This document shows, piece by piece, positions 39,870 through 49,921 of a DNA stretch of 64,000 nt (positions are counted from its first letter, which is position 1; every line of letters begins with the position of its first letter). Under the pieces are notes generated by a model. The model saw nothing but the letters and a program-made list of their open reading frames with translations, was not told the DNA's origin and made no database searches. Source of the stretch: an uncultured Pseudomonadota bacterium. Its GTDB lineage: Bacteria; Oederibacteriota; Muellerivitia; Muellerivitales; Muellerivitaceae. The stretch covers positions 32,001 to 96,000 of the forward strand of contig CAVYRH010000003.1 of the NCBI GenBank assembly GCA_963770835.1. The letters run 5' to 3'. Position numbers and translations under genes: made by a program.

Positions 39870-41631
39870 ATGCTCAAGTCGACGGGAAATCAGGGAAGCT
39901 TTTACGACGCGGATTACGTATGCGAGCAGTTGATCCCGAAGGATAGCTTCTACCGTAAATTCAGGGTAATGGTGTCCCCACTGGTTCAGGATGCTGGTCT
40001 GGATGAGATGTATTGCCAGGACAACGGCCGCCCTCCTATTTCTCCCTCTCTCCTGGCCATGGCGACAATACTTCAATTTTATAGGGGGTTTTCCGACAGG
40101 GATATGGAGAGGGCCTGCATGTTCGACATCGAGATCAAGTACGCCCTTGGGCTTCGGTTGGACGAGCGGCCCTTCGACCATTCTTCCTTAGGCGATTTCA
40201 GGGAACGCCTTCTTCAAAACAGCCGGGAGAAAGAGATTTTCGACACGATACTTGAACACCTGATCGAAAAGGGGTTGGTCAAGAAGGATGAAATCCAACG
40301 CATTGACGCCACCCATGTTTTGGCCGACCTCGCCATCCCCACCATGGTGACCCTGGTGAAGAAAGGGATATTCGAGGTTCTCAAGCCCTTGAGCAAGAAC
40401 AAGGAAGTATATGAGGGATTGGGTAAGGATGTGGATTTGCGCGAATACAACAAGGAAAAGGTCAACGACGAAGGCCCTGGAAGAATGGACCTGGAGAAAA
40501 GGAAACGCAAATTGGTGGAGGTGGTGGGTGACGCCCACAAGGTGCTGGAACACGTAAGAACCCTAAAGACCAACAAAGACCTGAAGGAGCCCATTGAGAT
40601 GCTCAAGACGGATACTCCGGGAGAACATCGAGGAAGACGAAGAAGGTAATCCCAAGGAGAGAGGCTACAAGGAGAAACCAAAGGACATCATGGTTTCTCC
40701 CATTGACCCGGATGCCAGGTTTGGGGCGAAATCCGCCACCAAGCACTTCATGGGTTACAAGGCCAACATCACGGAAAGCGTCGGAAACAACATCATCACC
40801 AACGTCAAGGTCATGCGGGGAAACGCCCATGACGCGACGACCATGGTGGAGGCCATCGTTGAGCAAAAAGAGCAGGGACTTGTTCCGGCCAAGGTTATCG
40901 GTGATGCGGCTTATGGGCGAACGATCAACCGGGAAGAATTGAAGACAAACGGCACGATGGTGGTGGCCCCCATTTACAACAAGAACGACCGAGCCAAGGG
41001 GATATACCCCAAGAGCATGTTCAAATACGACGCGAAAAAGAAGCTTTTGACCTGTCCCCAGGGCGTGACGACCAAGGCGGCCTATTGGGACAAGCTTCAC
41101 CAGCTTTACAACTTCCATTTCCCAATGGCGAAATGCAACGCCTGTCCTGTGCAGAAAGAATGTACCCGTGACGCCGACGGGCGGCGGACGGTGGGAATCA
41201 GCATTAGGCATGAGGAGATGATGGAGGCGGAGACCTATAACAGGTCGTCACAGTACAAAAAAGAAATGAAATTACGCCCGGCTGTTGAAAGAAAGCTTGG
41301 CGGAGTTGGTCCGGTATCACGGCATGAGGCGGGCGAGATACCGGGGATTAAAGAAGTTGGGCCTGCAATGCTTCTTCACGGCGGCGGCGGTGAATATCAA
41401 AAGATGGATCAAGCTGATTTCGGGCGAAAGTCCAGGTCTTTCCTGTGCCGGAATGGCGTGAAAAGGCAAACCAGAAGAGATTTAAAAGGCCAAGCAGAGA
41501 AGAAAAGAAGGGAACCGGAAAAATGACTATGGTAGCCAACGAAAAACCGAGGGAGTTTTGGGTGGATTTGATCTGCCAAGATCAAGTTGTGCCCCATCCC
41601 GAAAACTTAACCTGGGTTTTCCGACGGTCTC
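39870..41631 (+). mobile_element. IS1182-family element, transposase frameshifted (~40610 and ~41300)
   Basis: GRPPISP...SDR...PFDHSSL..FR, IDATH, DPDARFG, GYK, GDAAYG, TCPQG..C..CP....CT; right end GGTTTTCCGACGGTCTC at 41631; left IR not recognised. Confidence 0.8.
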
Positions 41632-43249
41632 ATGTAAGGAACAATCCTCTAAACACAAGAGACACATTAGGCCTTTATGATTCGAATTCCTTTATAGATA
41701 ACTGGTTGTATAACCCTGATTCTGTATCTGATTTTATCGATCCTGACTATTTTGATTGGTTTACTCCGCAAGTAGCCAATACAGCTGAAAGAGTTGCCCA
41801 AGGGGCTGCGATTGTAGGTGGTACCGTTGTCGGTATTTCCGCACTTGCAGGGGCCGGAACATTGCTCTACTGCGGTCTTGATGTTTTAGCTTCCGGGTCT
41901 TCTGCTTACACTTCATTCGCAATTGGCAATGTACTTACTGGCGCTGCCCAGACGGGTTTGGGTCTGTTCGGGGGAGCACAAATCATAAATCAAGGTTATC
42001 AATTCTTCACCAATCCAAATCCTGCATACAGTGAAGGTCAACCACTTTTCCAACAAAATGCTTTAACGACCGCATTGGATCTCGCAGGTGGCTTTGTAGG
42101 AAGTTCGACGATGGATTTATTAAATGGAGCTGCGAGCGCGACCTCAGATTATTCTGACATGGATCAGCAACAGGAGTCAGGGGACCCGACTAATCAAGCA
42201 ACGGATACTGCCCCAGCTTCAACCGATAACTGGTATTGGCAAGAAATTGATTTAAATCCAGATGGGACATGACTTTTAGATAAACCCTGCCAGCTAACCC
42301 CAGGCTTCAGCCTGGGGGCGAATGGCAGCCCGGAGGGCCGACTGAGTTTGTCGGCCCGAAGGCAAGGAACTGTGGAATGCTCTGGTCATGGGAAAATATT
42401 GGTCAGGCGCACATACCAGACACCGACTGCAATATCACCTCGTTTGGATACCCAAGTATCGGAAACGAGTCTTGCTTGGCAAAGTTGCCGTCCGCCTGCA
42501 AGAGCTGTTTAGAGAGGCGGCCCACGTCAACCGTTGGGTAATCCACGAATTGAATATTCAGCGAGACCACGTGCATATGCTGATCCAGGTTGAGCCAAAG
42601 GTGAGTGTGGCTAAAGTGGTGCAGGTGCTAAAAGGCGGTACAAGCACCAAGATCAGGCGTGAGTACCCTGAACTTGAGGAGTTTCTCTGGGGGGATAGTT
42701 TTTGGGCGGACGGCTACTTTGCGGAAAGTATAGGCACTGTGCAGGAGGAGATGATCCGCAAATATATCCGCGAGCAACAGCATGACCAGAGTATGCCGAA
42801 AGGTAGAAACCCCGGGCTTTAGCCCGGGGAGATTCATTAGCAAATAAACTAACTTTCTTGAATCGAACCTTTTTGGGGGATAATTACCAAACAAGTTTCT
42901 TGTCCAATAATTTTGGGAGTGAAAATGGCCGATAAGAAAAGAATTATTGTGAATGTTTTTTTTGTGCTGATAGTACTATTGGCGGGAATTGCAGCTCTCT
43001 TTTTATTTTTTTTAATGCCGGTAATACATTCTAAGTTTGCAATTTTCCATGAATATGGATTTTTGTGGCCTCTTTTTTACATTCTTTTTATTGTTTTATA
43101 CTGTTTTGTTTTTTTTAAGTTGATCATTTGGTTATTAATCAAGTTTGTATATATGAAAATTATTGCTTGGATTGACAGAACAGACCCCCAAAGAAAAATC
43201 CCTTGAGGGTTCGAGGTTCAAAAACGCTTTTCCAGAGGAAGTTAATTGA
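41632..43249 (+). repeat. Near-identical duplicate of 30322-31939 (RHS tip, IS200 tnpA, membrane gene)
   Basis: Offset 11310; six substitutions seen. Confidence 0.93.
42388..42822 (+). CDS. tnpA: IS200/IS605 Y1 transposase, copy 2
   Basis: Translation identical to 31078-31512. Confidence 0.95.
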   Translation: MGKYWSGAHTRHRLQYHLVWIPKYRKRVLLGKVAVRLQELFREAAHVNRWVIHELNIQRDHVHMLIQVEPKVSVAKVVQVLKGGTSTKIRREYPELEEFLWGDSFWADGYFAESIGTVQEEMIRKYIREQQHDQSMPKGRNPGL

Positions 43250-43286
43250 CCTGCACATGCCTGTCGCAAAAAGGATAGTGTGCAAC
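43250..43286 (+). repeat. 37-bp direct repeat 8
   Basis: Exact match. Confidence 0.97.
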
Positions 43287-43825
43287 CCCATACCGCCCGT
43301 ACTGGCAGGCCAGCCGGAGAATGGCGGTCGTCAGGAGGTCCTCATCGGGCAGGATCTGAGGGATATATCGCTGGGTGCTCCGGGGTTGGCCGAGGGCCCG
43401 GCATACGCGCCGCTGGGAGGCTCGGTGGGTTTCACACGCTTCCCGAACCGCTTTTCGGCGCTTTTCCGGGCTTAGGAGTTTCCCCGGGCCAAGTCTTTCA
43501 GGATGCGGTTATCCAGGGAGAGGTCGGCCACCACCCGCTTGAGCTGGGTATTCTCTTTCTCCAATTCCTTTAGGCGTTTGGCCTGGTCCAGCTTGAGACC
43601 GCCGTATTCTTTTCGCCAGCGGTAGTAGGTATGTGGGGTTATTTGAAGCTCACGGCAGACTTCTTCAACAGCACGGCCTTTGGACTGCTCAACCTCGGCC
43701 TGGCGCAACATGGAAATGATCTGCTCGGCGTTGTGTTTCTTCCTTGGCATAAATGCCCCCTTTTTCTTGGCCCATTATAGAAAAGTATGACTTTTCAACT
43801 GGACCAGGTTGAGGGGGGCGGGTCA
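43287..43825 (-). mobile_element. IS3-family fragment (left end + orfA 43472-43750), cut at repeat 8
   Basis: Matches 56216-56753 except one T in a T-run; orfA TYYRWRKEYGG..RLKELEKEN..LK. Confidence 0.92.
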
Positions 43826-44376
43826 AAAGCATCAGAATTTTTAATCCTGACTATCACAAGGTAAGCAAAGGGGAAAAAGTCGGTTATGGAAGTATTACGG
43901 TCGAGCTAACACAGGCTGAAAAAACCAGGATTATTACTACACAGGTCTTTAAAATTTTAATGAAACTAGGAATATCATTAGATTCCAAAGCGAGAGTTTT
44001 AGTTGTTTTCGAGGAAGCTCATTCTTTAATTCCGGAGTGGAATTCCGTGGCTAGTGAAGGGGATAAAAACGCAACAAATGGAACCGCTAAAGTAATTTTA
44101 CAAGGCCGAAAATATGGACTTGGCAGCTTGGTCATCACTCAAAGAACAGCCAACGTTAGTAAAAGTATTTTGAATCAATGCAATACTATATTTGCTCTTA
44201 GAGTATTTGATGACACCGGAAAAAGTTTTCTTGAAAATTATATCGGTGAAGATTATTCGAATACCCTTCCCACCTTAGAAGAACGGCATGCAATAGCTAT
44301 AGGGAAAGGCCTAAAATTAAAGCAACCTGTAATTATTCAATTAAATGACAAGAAATATATAACTCTTACTTCTTGA
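43826..44376 (+). pseudogene. HerA/FtsK-type ATPase C-terminal fragment
   Basis: Walker B VVFEEAH, QGRKYG, ITQR..NVSK.IL.QCNT. Confidence 0.82.
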
Positions 44377-44386
44377 GCGTACCTAA

Positions 44387-45145
44387 ATGTCCAAATACTA
44401 CACCGGGAAACGAACTCGAAACCTATTTGACCCCAAGAGCAAGGAGCCGTTCCGGCTTTCTCGGTCCAAGATCGATCTCTTTATCTCCTGCCCACGTTGC
44501 TTTTACCAGGACCGCCGCCTTGGGGTTGGCCAGCCTCCCGGGTATCCGTTTAGCCTCAATTCGGCAGTGGATACTCTTCTCAAAAAGGAATTCGACGACT
44601 ATCGGAAGAAAAAACAACCCCATCCTTTAATGACCGCCAACAAGATCGACGCGGTCCCTTTCCAACATGAGAAACTAGACGAGTGGCGGGATTCCCTCCG
44701 GCGGGGAGTTTCCTTCTACCACAAAGCCACCAAATTTATGGTTACGGGCGGAGTGGACGACGTTTGGGTTAAGCCCAATGGGGAACTGATAATCGCCGAT
44801 TACAAGGCCACTTCCAAGACCGGTGAGGTGGGCATCGAGGCAGATTGGCAGGATGGTTACAAGCGCCAGATGGAAGTCTATCAATGGCTTTTCCGGAAGA
44901 ACGGCTTCAAGGTGTCCTCCACCGGCTACTTCGTCTACTGCAACGGGAAAACCGATCGGCCGGCCTTTAATTCCAAGCTCGAATTTGATATCTCAGTCCT
45001 ACCTTATAAGGGGAACGACGATTGGGTCGAACCCACGTTGATTAAAGCGAGAAAATGCCTGGACTCTAAAAAGATCCCGAATGCGGATCCGGACTGCGAC
45101 TTCTGCAGGTATGTAGAGGCTATCAATAATGAAGTTGGAGATTGA
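44387..45145 (+). CDS. PD-(D/E)XK nuclease, RecB/Cas4-like family
   Basis: LSRS.I..F..CPRCF, GGVDD, IADYK, QM..Y, C-terminal C..C. Confidence 0.82.
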   Translation: MSKYYTGKRTRNLFDPKSKEPFRLSRSKIDLFISCPRCFYQDRRLGVGQPPGYPFSLNSAVDTLLKKEFDDYRKKKQPHPLMTANKIDAVPFQHEKLDEWRDSLRRGVSFYHKATKFMVTGGVDDVWVKPNGELIIADYKATSKTGEVGIEADWQDGYKRQMEVYQWLFRKNGFKVSSTGYFVYCNGKTDRPAFNSKLEFDISVLPYKGNDDWVEPTLIKARKCLDSKKIPNADPDCDFCRYVEAINNEVGD

Positions 45146-45147
45146 CC

Positions 45148-45351
45148 ATGGCAGACCCAAAGAAAATTGAAGAAGTTACTCGAAAAATTCAGGATGTTGC
45201 CAAAAAGTTAAAAGACCGCGAAGGGAATATCGATCGAATAGAGCGTCAAAAAGCGGACCAGGACCGTTATTACGATCGTCAAATACAAACTGAAAAGGAA
45301 GAAATAAAAAGGCTTGAGAGGGAAATTGACGGGTTAAAAAGACAGCTATAA
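45148..45351 (+). CDS. Small coiled-coil protein
   Basis: GGAG RBS, heptad pattern. Confidence 0.6.
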   Translation: MADPKKIEEVTRKIQDVAKKLKDREGNIDRIERQKADQDRYYDRQIQTEKEEIKRLEREIDGLKRQL

Positions 45352-45380
45352 CCGAATAGGTATTTATCTTAGGGGGATAT

Positions 45381-45788
45381 ATGGGAAATGCCACACAGCA
45401 CGTTTGGGAGATCGTTGAAAAAGCCGTCGGCCACTCATGGAGCGTACCAGAATTCCAGAGAGGGTTTGTTTGGAAAACTGTACAGGTTCGCGACCTGGTT
45501 GAATCCCTATGGATGGATTACCCAATAGGGAGTGTCCTTCTTTGGGACACCAAGGGCAATATACAGGAACGGGTGGCCAGGGACGGGAAAGACCAAAAGC
45601 AGTGGGTTGTAGATGGCCAGCAACGAACTACGGCAATGTGCATCCTTTTTGGAAGGAAACCCTACTGGTGGCCATCTGCGGAGGAATGGGAAAAGACTTT
45701 AAAGAAATACGATATTCGTTTCGACATTAACGCCAAAGAGCCCCCTTATTTCTGGACAGCGGACGCATCCATCAAAAGGACTAAAGGA
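45381..45788 (+). pseudogene. DUF262 (GmrSD-type) N-terminal fragment truncated by repeat 9
   Basis: VPEFQRGFVW, LVESL..DYPIGSVLLW, VVDGQQRTT. Confidence 0.88.
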
Positions 45789-45825
45789 CCTGCACATGCC
45801 TGTCGCAAAAAGGATAGTGTGCAAC
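45789..45825 (+). repeat. 37-bp direct repeat 9
   Basis: Exact match. Confidence 0.97.
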
Positions 45826-46817
45826 AACGCGTCCACGGACATATCGCTTTGACCTCCAAAAATAAGAATGGTTTACAGAAGGCGGGCAGGGTGTTTCGTG
45901 GGGGATTCGGGGCTGGACTTTTGATCCTTTCTTCAGCCCTTCCAGCCCTTTCCCTGGGGGCGGGTCTTCCTGAATTAAGCCAAGTCCCTCTTGGCGGTGA
46001 TTCGAGAATCCTCGAGAAACTGCGGGACGATAGGAGCCAATTAGAGGCCAGGAAAGACAAGCTTAAGTCCGATATCGCGGTGAACAAGGCCAAATGCGGC
46101 AACGTTGAGGAAGGGTCGGGGCTGGAAAGGGAATGTCAAAAAGAGGACAAGCGGATCAAAGACCAGTTCGCGGCCCTGCTTGCGGACTATCAGGATTTCA
46201 ATAAAAGGGCCCGATCGGCGAAAAAGACGGTTGGTTCTGGTGCCTTAATGGAGGGATCGAAAAAATCGTCCACCGAACCTTACATTCCCCCGGGACCCTC
46301 CGGCCGGGTGGTCGAGAGTAAGGGGGATTTTTATTTCATCACCAAGGATGGCCGCAAGATCGAGGGGGCCCAGGCCGCCAATGTCCCCTTGGAAGCGGGG
46401 ACAAGATTGAGGACAGGCCCCAACGGCGGTTTGAAGCTGCTCCTTCCCGATGAGACCACTTTCACCATCGGGGCGGACAGCGACCTCGTCATGGACGAAT
46501 TTGTATATGACACAAGATCCACTCCGGGGATATTCGCGGCGCGGATCGCGAAAGGCGCCTTTCACTGGGTGACGGGAAAGATCGCCCATCGTACCGGGAA
46601 TAAAATGGAACTCAAATTCGGTGTGGATGCGGTCGGAATTCGTGGGACCGAGTTCGATCTTTGGGTGAACCAGGATCAGTCCGGCTATATCAAATTGTAT
46701 TCGGGGAAATTGGACATAACCGAGCGGACGGTCCCGAAGTTACTGTTAAAGGGCGGCCAAAGGGTGGATTTTGGGGTGGATGGACGTTTTGAAAAGCCGG
46801 TGGCGCTGGATCAGTAA
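45826..46817 (+). CDS. Exported coiled-coil + FecR-domain protein (start uncertain; in frame with upstream DUF262 fragment)
   Basis: L..G..L.TG..G...L.L.D.T.F..G.DS...GIRGTEF FecR motif. Confidence 0.75.
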
Positions 46818-46846
46818 CACTAAAATTTTATTAAAGGGGTGGTGCG

Positions 46847-47827
46847 ATGAAACGAAATATCATTTTGGGATGGAGAACAGCATTCCTTTTACTGATGTTC
46901 GCCCCCATTCCTCCGGCCGGGGCCCAAAGCCTCAAAGCCCAGCTGACCGCTTTGGTCGCCCAGCTTCAAAGCTCGCCCCAGGATCAGGAACTCCGCAAGA
47001 AAATCATCCAAAAGGTGTTGACCTTTTCCAAACAACCGGCGGCCCCGGAGGACCTGGTGGAGTTGATGGGAAAAGCCAAAGCCATCATGAAAGACGCGAA
47101 AAGTCCCGAGGATTACAAAGAGGCGGTCAAGGTTTTTCAACAAGCGTCGCTCCTAGCCCCCTGGCTCGGGGATCTCTATTACAACCTGGGGGTTGTGCAG
47201 GAGAAAGCCGAAGAACCCGAGGACGCCGTCACCAGTTTTAATTATTATCTTTTAGCCAAACCACACGCCAAGGACCGCGAAAGCGTCAAGGAACGGATCG
47301 GGGCCTTGGAATACAAGGCTGAAAAATCCGTAAAACTGAAGCAGGTGAAAGGGCTGATCGAACAACTCCGGGGCCCTTGGTATTGCAGCTTTTGCGGGGA
47401 GCCCGGAGATGATTTCGCCGCCTCCATCAAGCTGGGCTGTACGGCCGCGGAGTTTGACGGGTCCTATTGGGTTGGCGGGGCGCCGTCCGGGCAGACAGCG
47501 CCCGCGCTTCAAATGGAGATCGAAAATGACGGAACCGTGAAATTGATCGGCCAGGTTTGGAACGCCCAAGCCGGGTGTTATGAGGGGCCGGTCTTTGGTG
47601 TTCCCCAGGGAGATTCGTTCAGCTCCATCCGCTGGGAAATCAGGCCGGCCACCGGAGCGCCGCGCCAAATATGGAGCCGGATGAGTCAAGACGGAAATAC
47701 CCTCTGGATCAGTTGTACCCGACCCCTGTCCGGTGGGGACGATACCATTCATTACTCCTACGCATGTTGGTCGAGAACCGCCCCCGTCAGTGACCATCCT
47801 TCAACCCGTCCCCACGGATTTTTTTAA
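46847..47827 (+). CDS. Secreted TPR protein
   Basis: Signal peptide; APW..DLYYNLG.V.E......DA...F..YL...P. Confidence 0.75.
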   Translation: MKRNIILGWRTAFLLLMFAPIPPAGAQSLKAQLTALVAQLQSSPQDQELRKKIIQKVLTFSKQPAAPEDLVELMGKAKAIMKDAKSPEDYKEAVKVFQQASLLAPWLGDLYYNLGVVQEKAEEPEDAVTSFNYYLLAKPHAKDRESVKERIGALEYKAEKSVKLKQVKGLIEQLRGPWYCSFCGEPGDDFAASIKLGCTAAEFDGSYWVGGAPSGQTAPALQMEIENDGTVKLIGQVWNAQAGCYEGPVFGVPQGDSFSSIRWEIRPATGAPRQIWSRMSQDGNTLWISCTRPLSGGDDTIHYSYACWSRTAPVSDHPSTRPHGFF

Positions 47828-47888
47828 GCGGTGGGTTCTTTTAGGTCCGGCGGTTGATCCGGGTTGAAGAAACCTTGAATATCTTACT

Positions 47889-48458
47889 TCACGCTACCAG
47901 CATCAGTAGATCGACGAGGACTAGGCCGACGATCGCGATGCCCGCTAGGCCGTTCAAGAGTCCCGAAACCCAGCCGAGTAATTGGGCCCAAAGGCCGGCG
48001 AGAATCCCCGCCGCGTAACCCGGCAGAATCCCCAGCACTCCGGTGGCAAAGACCAGCAGGCGGGGTTGATGGTTGGCCGAGGCGAGAAAAAGCCCTCCGC
48101 TGAAGCCCAGAAAAACCAAAAAGAAAAAGATACAGATGTGAAAGTCCCCATAGTTGGGTTTGAGACCATTTTGACCGGCGATACTATTCACCAAAATAAA
48201 CAGTATCCCGATGAAACCTAATATCGCCAGTGGCCACCCGATAATGGCATTCGGCCCCAAGGCCATGGGCAAACCCAAGGCTACCAGCGCCATACTTGCG
48301 GCGACCATGGCGGTCAGTCCCATGTTGTGGTTGAAGGAGGTGCCCTGGGGTTCGTTTTTCTTCGGGGAAAGCCGGGACCAGAGCAGCCCGGGAAAGAATA
48401 CGGCATGGAATTCCCAACTCAGGATACTCGGCGGAATAATGGGATTGGTGTTGCTCAT
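47889..48458 (-). CDS. Membrane protein
   Basis: Five hydrophobic segments, GAGGAG RBS. Confidence 0.7.
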   Translation of the reverse strand: MSNTNPIIPPSILSWEFHAVFFPGLLWSRLSPKKNEPQGTSFNHNMGLTAMVAASMALVALGLPMALGPNAIIGWPLAILGFIGILFILVNSIAGQNGLKPNYGDFHICIFFFLVFLGFSGGLFLASANHQPRLLVFATGVLGILPGYAAGILAGLWAQLLGWVSGLLNGLAGIAIVGLVLVDLLMLVA

Positions 48459-48686
48459 TCTGGGCTCCTCTCAACGATGATAGGTGTTTTCAAGGGCATT
48501 TGGGCTGATTAATTTCTTTTCCAGTCCCACGTCCATTAAAAGGCTCTGGTAAACTTGTCCGCGACGGGGATCCGTCGTGGACAGAGCGAAAGCATAAAAT
48601 GAATTTGGGCATCGAATGATCGAATGTTGTCCAATCTCTGAGACGCTCGCACTTCGGCGAGCGGATCGGGCAGGGGACAGCTGAGT

Positions 48687-49484
48687 GTGGAAAAAGGTTA
48701 TGATTTGAAAAAAATATTGAAAATATTCATCTTGGGGTGGATAGGGTTAAATCCAGCAAAAGGGATTGCCCTGAGCGCTCAAGAAGTCCCGGTTCTCCGT
48801 TCATTCGGAAATGCCATTACGTTAACAGGCTTGGTGTTAAAAGAGAATAATGATTGGATTTTCAAATTAGACAAACCGGCGCTTGTCCCATGGCCAAGTA
48901 TTTTTCGGCGGGCACAGAATGCCAAGTTGAGGATCGAACGGACGAATTTAAAGTCGGACGTGTATGAAATAAATGATAAATGGTTGAATCAACATTTAGC
49001 CTTCAAATGCCAATTAAGCATCGAGCGAACGGCTACCGCGGTATCGGGGGTGGTCTGTGATCTGAAGGAATTGGTTGGAGAATCTTCCTTAAAAAAGATG
49101 TTCGCGGGCCTGACCACATATCCATTTAATGAAACTATTACCCTATCGGGAGTTTTGTCCTCTAAAACATTTTCCTCTTGGCGTCCAACCAATGGCCCTG
49201 CTACCGCCGCCCACGAAGAAAAAGTGAGGGTTCTCTATCTCGACGAACCCATCAATGTGGCTGCGAAAGAACCCCATGGACCAGCTTATGGAGTAACAAA
49301 GGTTCAATTTGATTCATCGATCTATTTCCCGACGGATAGATTTATGGACAAACATGTTTGGGTATCCGGGAAGTTATCTACCGCCGATGAGTGGTCCCAA
49401 TTCTTGCCTGTTTTGCTCGATGTAAAAGATCAAAATGAAATTTCGTTAACGAAGAAGGCTAAAAATTGGTGGTGGCCTTTTTGA
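48687..49484 (+). CDS. Secreted hypothetical protein (DUF4431-like; cassette)
   Basis: Signal peptide; TLSG.L...L.LD.PI.V...V.V.GKL..A......PVLL.V. Confidence 0.6.
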   Translation: MEKGYDLKKILKIFILGWIGLNPAKGIALSAQEVPVLRSFGNAITLTGLVLKENNDWIFKLDKPALVPWPSIFRRAQNAKLRIERTNLKSDVYEINDKWLNQHLAFKCQLSIERTATAVSGVVCDLKELVGESSLKKMFAGLTTYPFNETITLSGVLSSKTFSSWRPTNGPATAAHEEKVRVLYLDEPINVAAKEPHGPAYGVTKVQFDSSIYFPTDRFMDKHVWVSGKLSTADEWSQFLPVLLDVKDQNEISLTKKAKNWWWPF

Positions 49485-49560
49485 ATCGTCCGCGACGGGG
49501 GCCCGGATTGGACAATGAAAATTGCGCCGGAAATTGCCCAGTGGGGAAAGGTTGGTTTCA

Positions 49561-49845
49561 ATGACCTATAAGGTAATGGTCGATGATAATTACGACTATA
49601 TGGACCCTGAAAAACGGTATACCCATGGCGAGTTCGAGGCATTGGAAGCGGCCATCGAAGCTTGCAAGAGGATCGTCAACGAGTGGCTGGAGTCCAGTTA
49701 TAAGGCCGGAATGAGCGCCGAGGAACTTTGCAAAAGCTACAAGGGTTTTGGATTGGACCCATGGGTTTTGGGTGCCGAAAAAAAAGTCTTTTCCGCGTGG
49801 GAATATGCCGAACAGCGTTGCGCTGAGATCTGCTCAAAAGGATGA
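49561..49845 (+). CDS. Hypothetical protein (cassette)
   Basis: ORF bounded by two hairpin sites. Confidence 0.7.
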   Translation: MTYKVMVDDNYDYMDPEKRYTHGEFEALEAAIEACKRIVNEWLESSYKAGMSAEELCKSYKGFGLDPWVLGAEKKVFSAWEYAEQRCAEICSKG

Positions 49846-49921
49846 CTCCAAGAAGTGCCTGCCTCAAACAAAACATTTTGTTATGGATGGATTGTCCACG
49901 ACGGGGACCCATCGTGGACAG

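Noticed and set aside
44387..45145. cas4 belonging to the cas1-cas2 module
   Set aside because: Lies inside a captured spacer 28 kb away; generic PD-(D/E)XK family; no evidence of linkage
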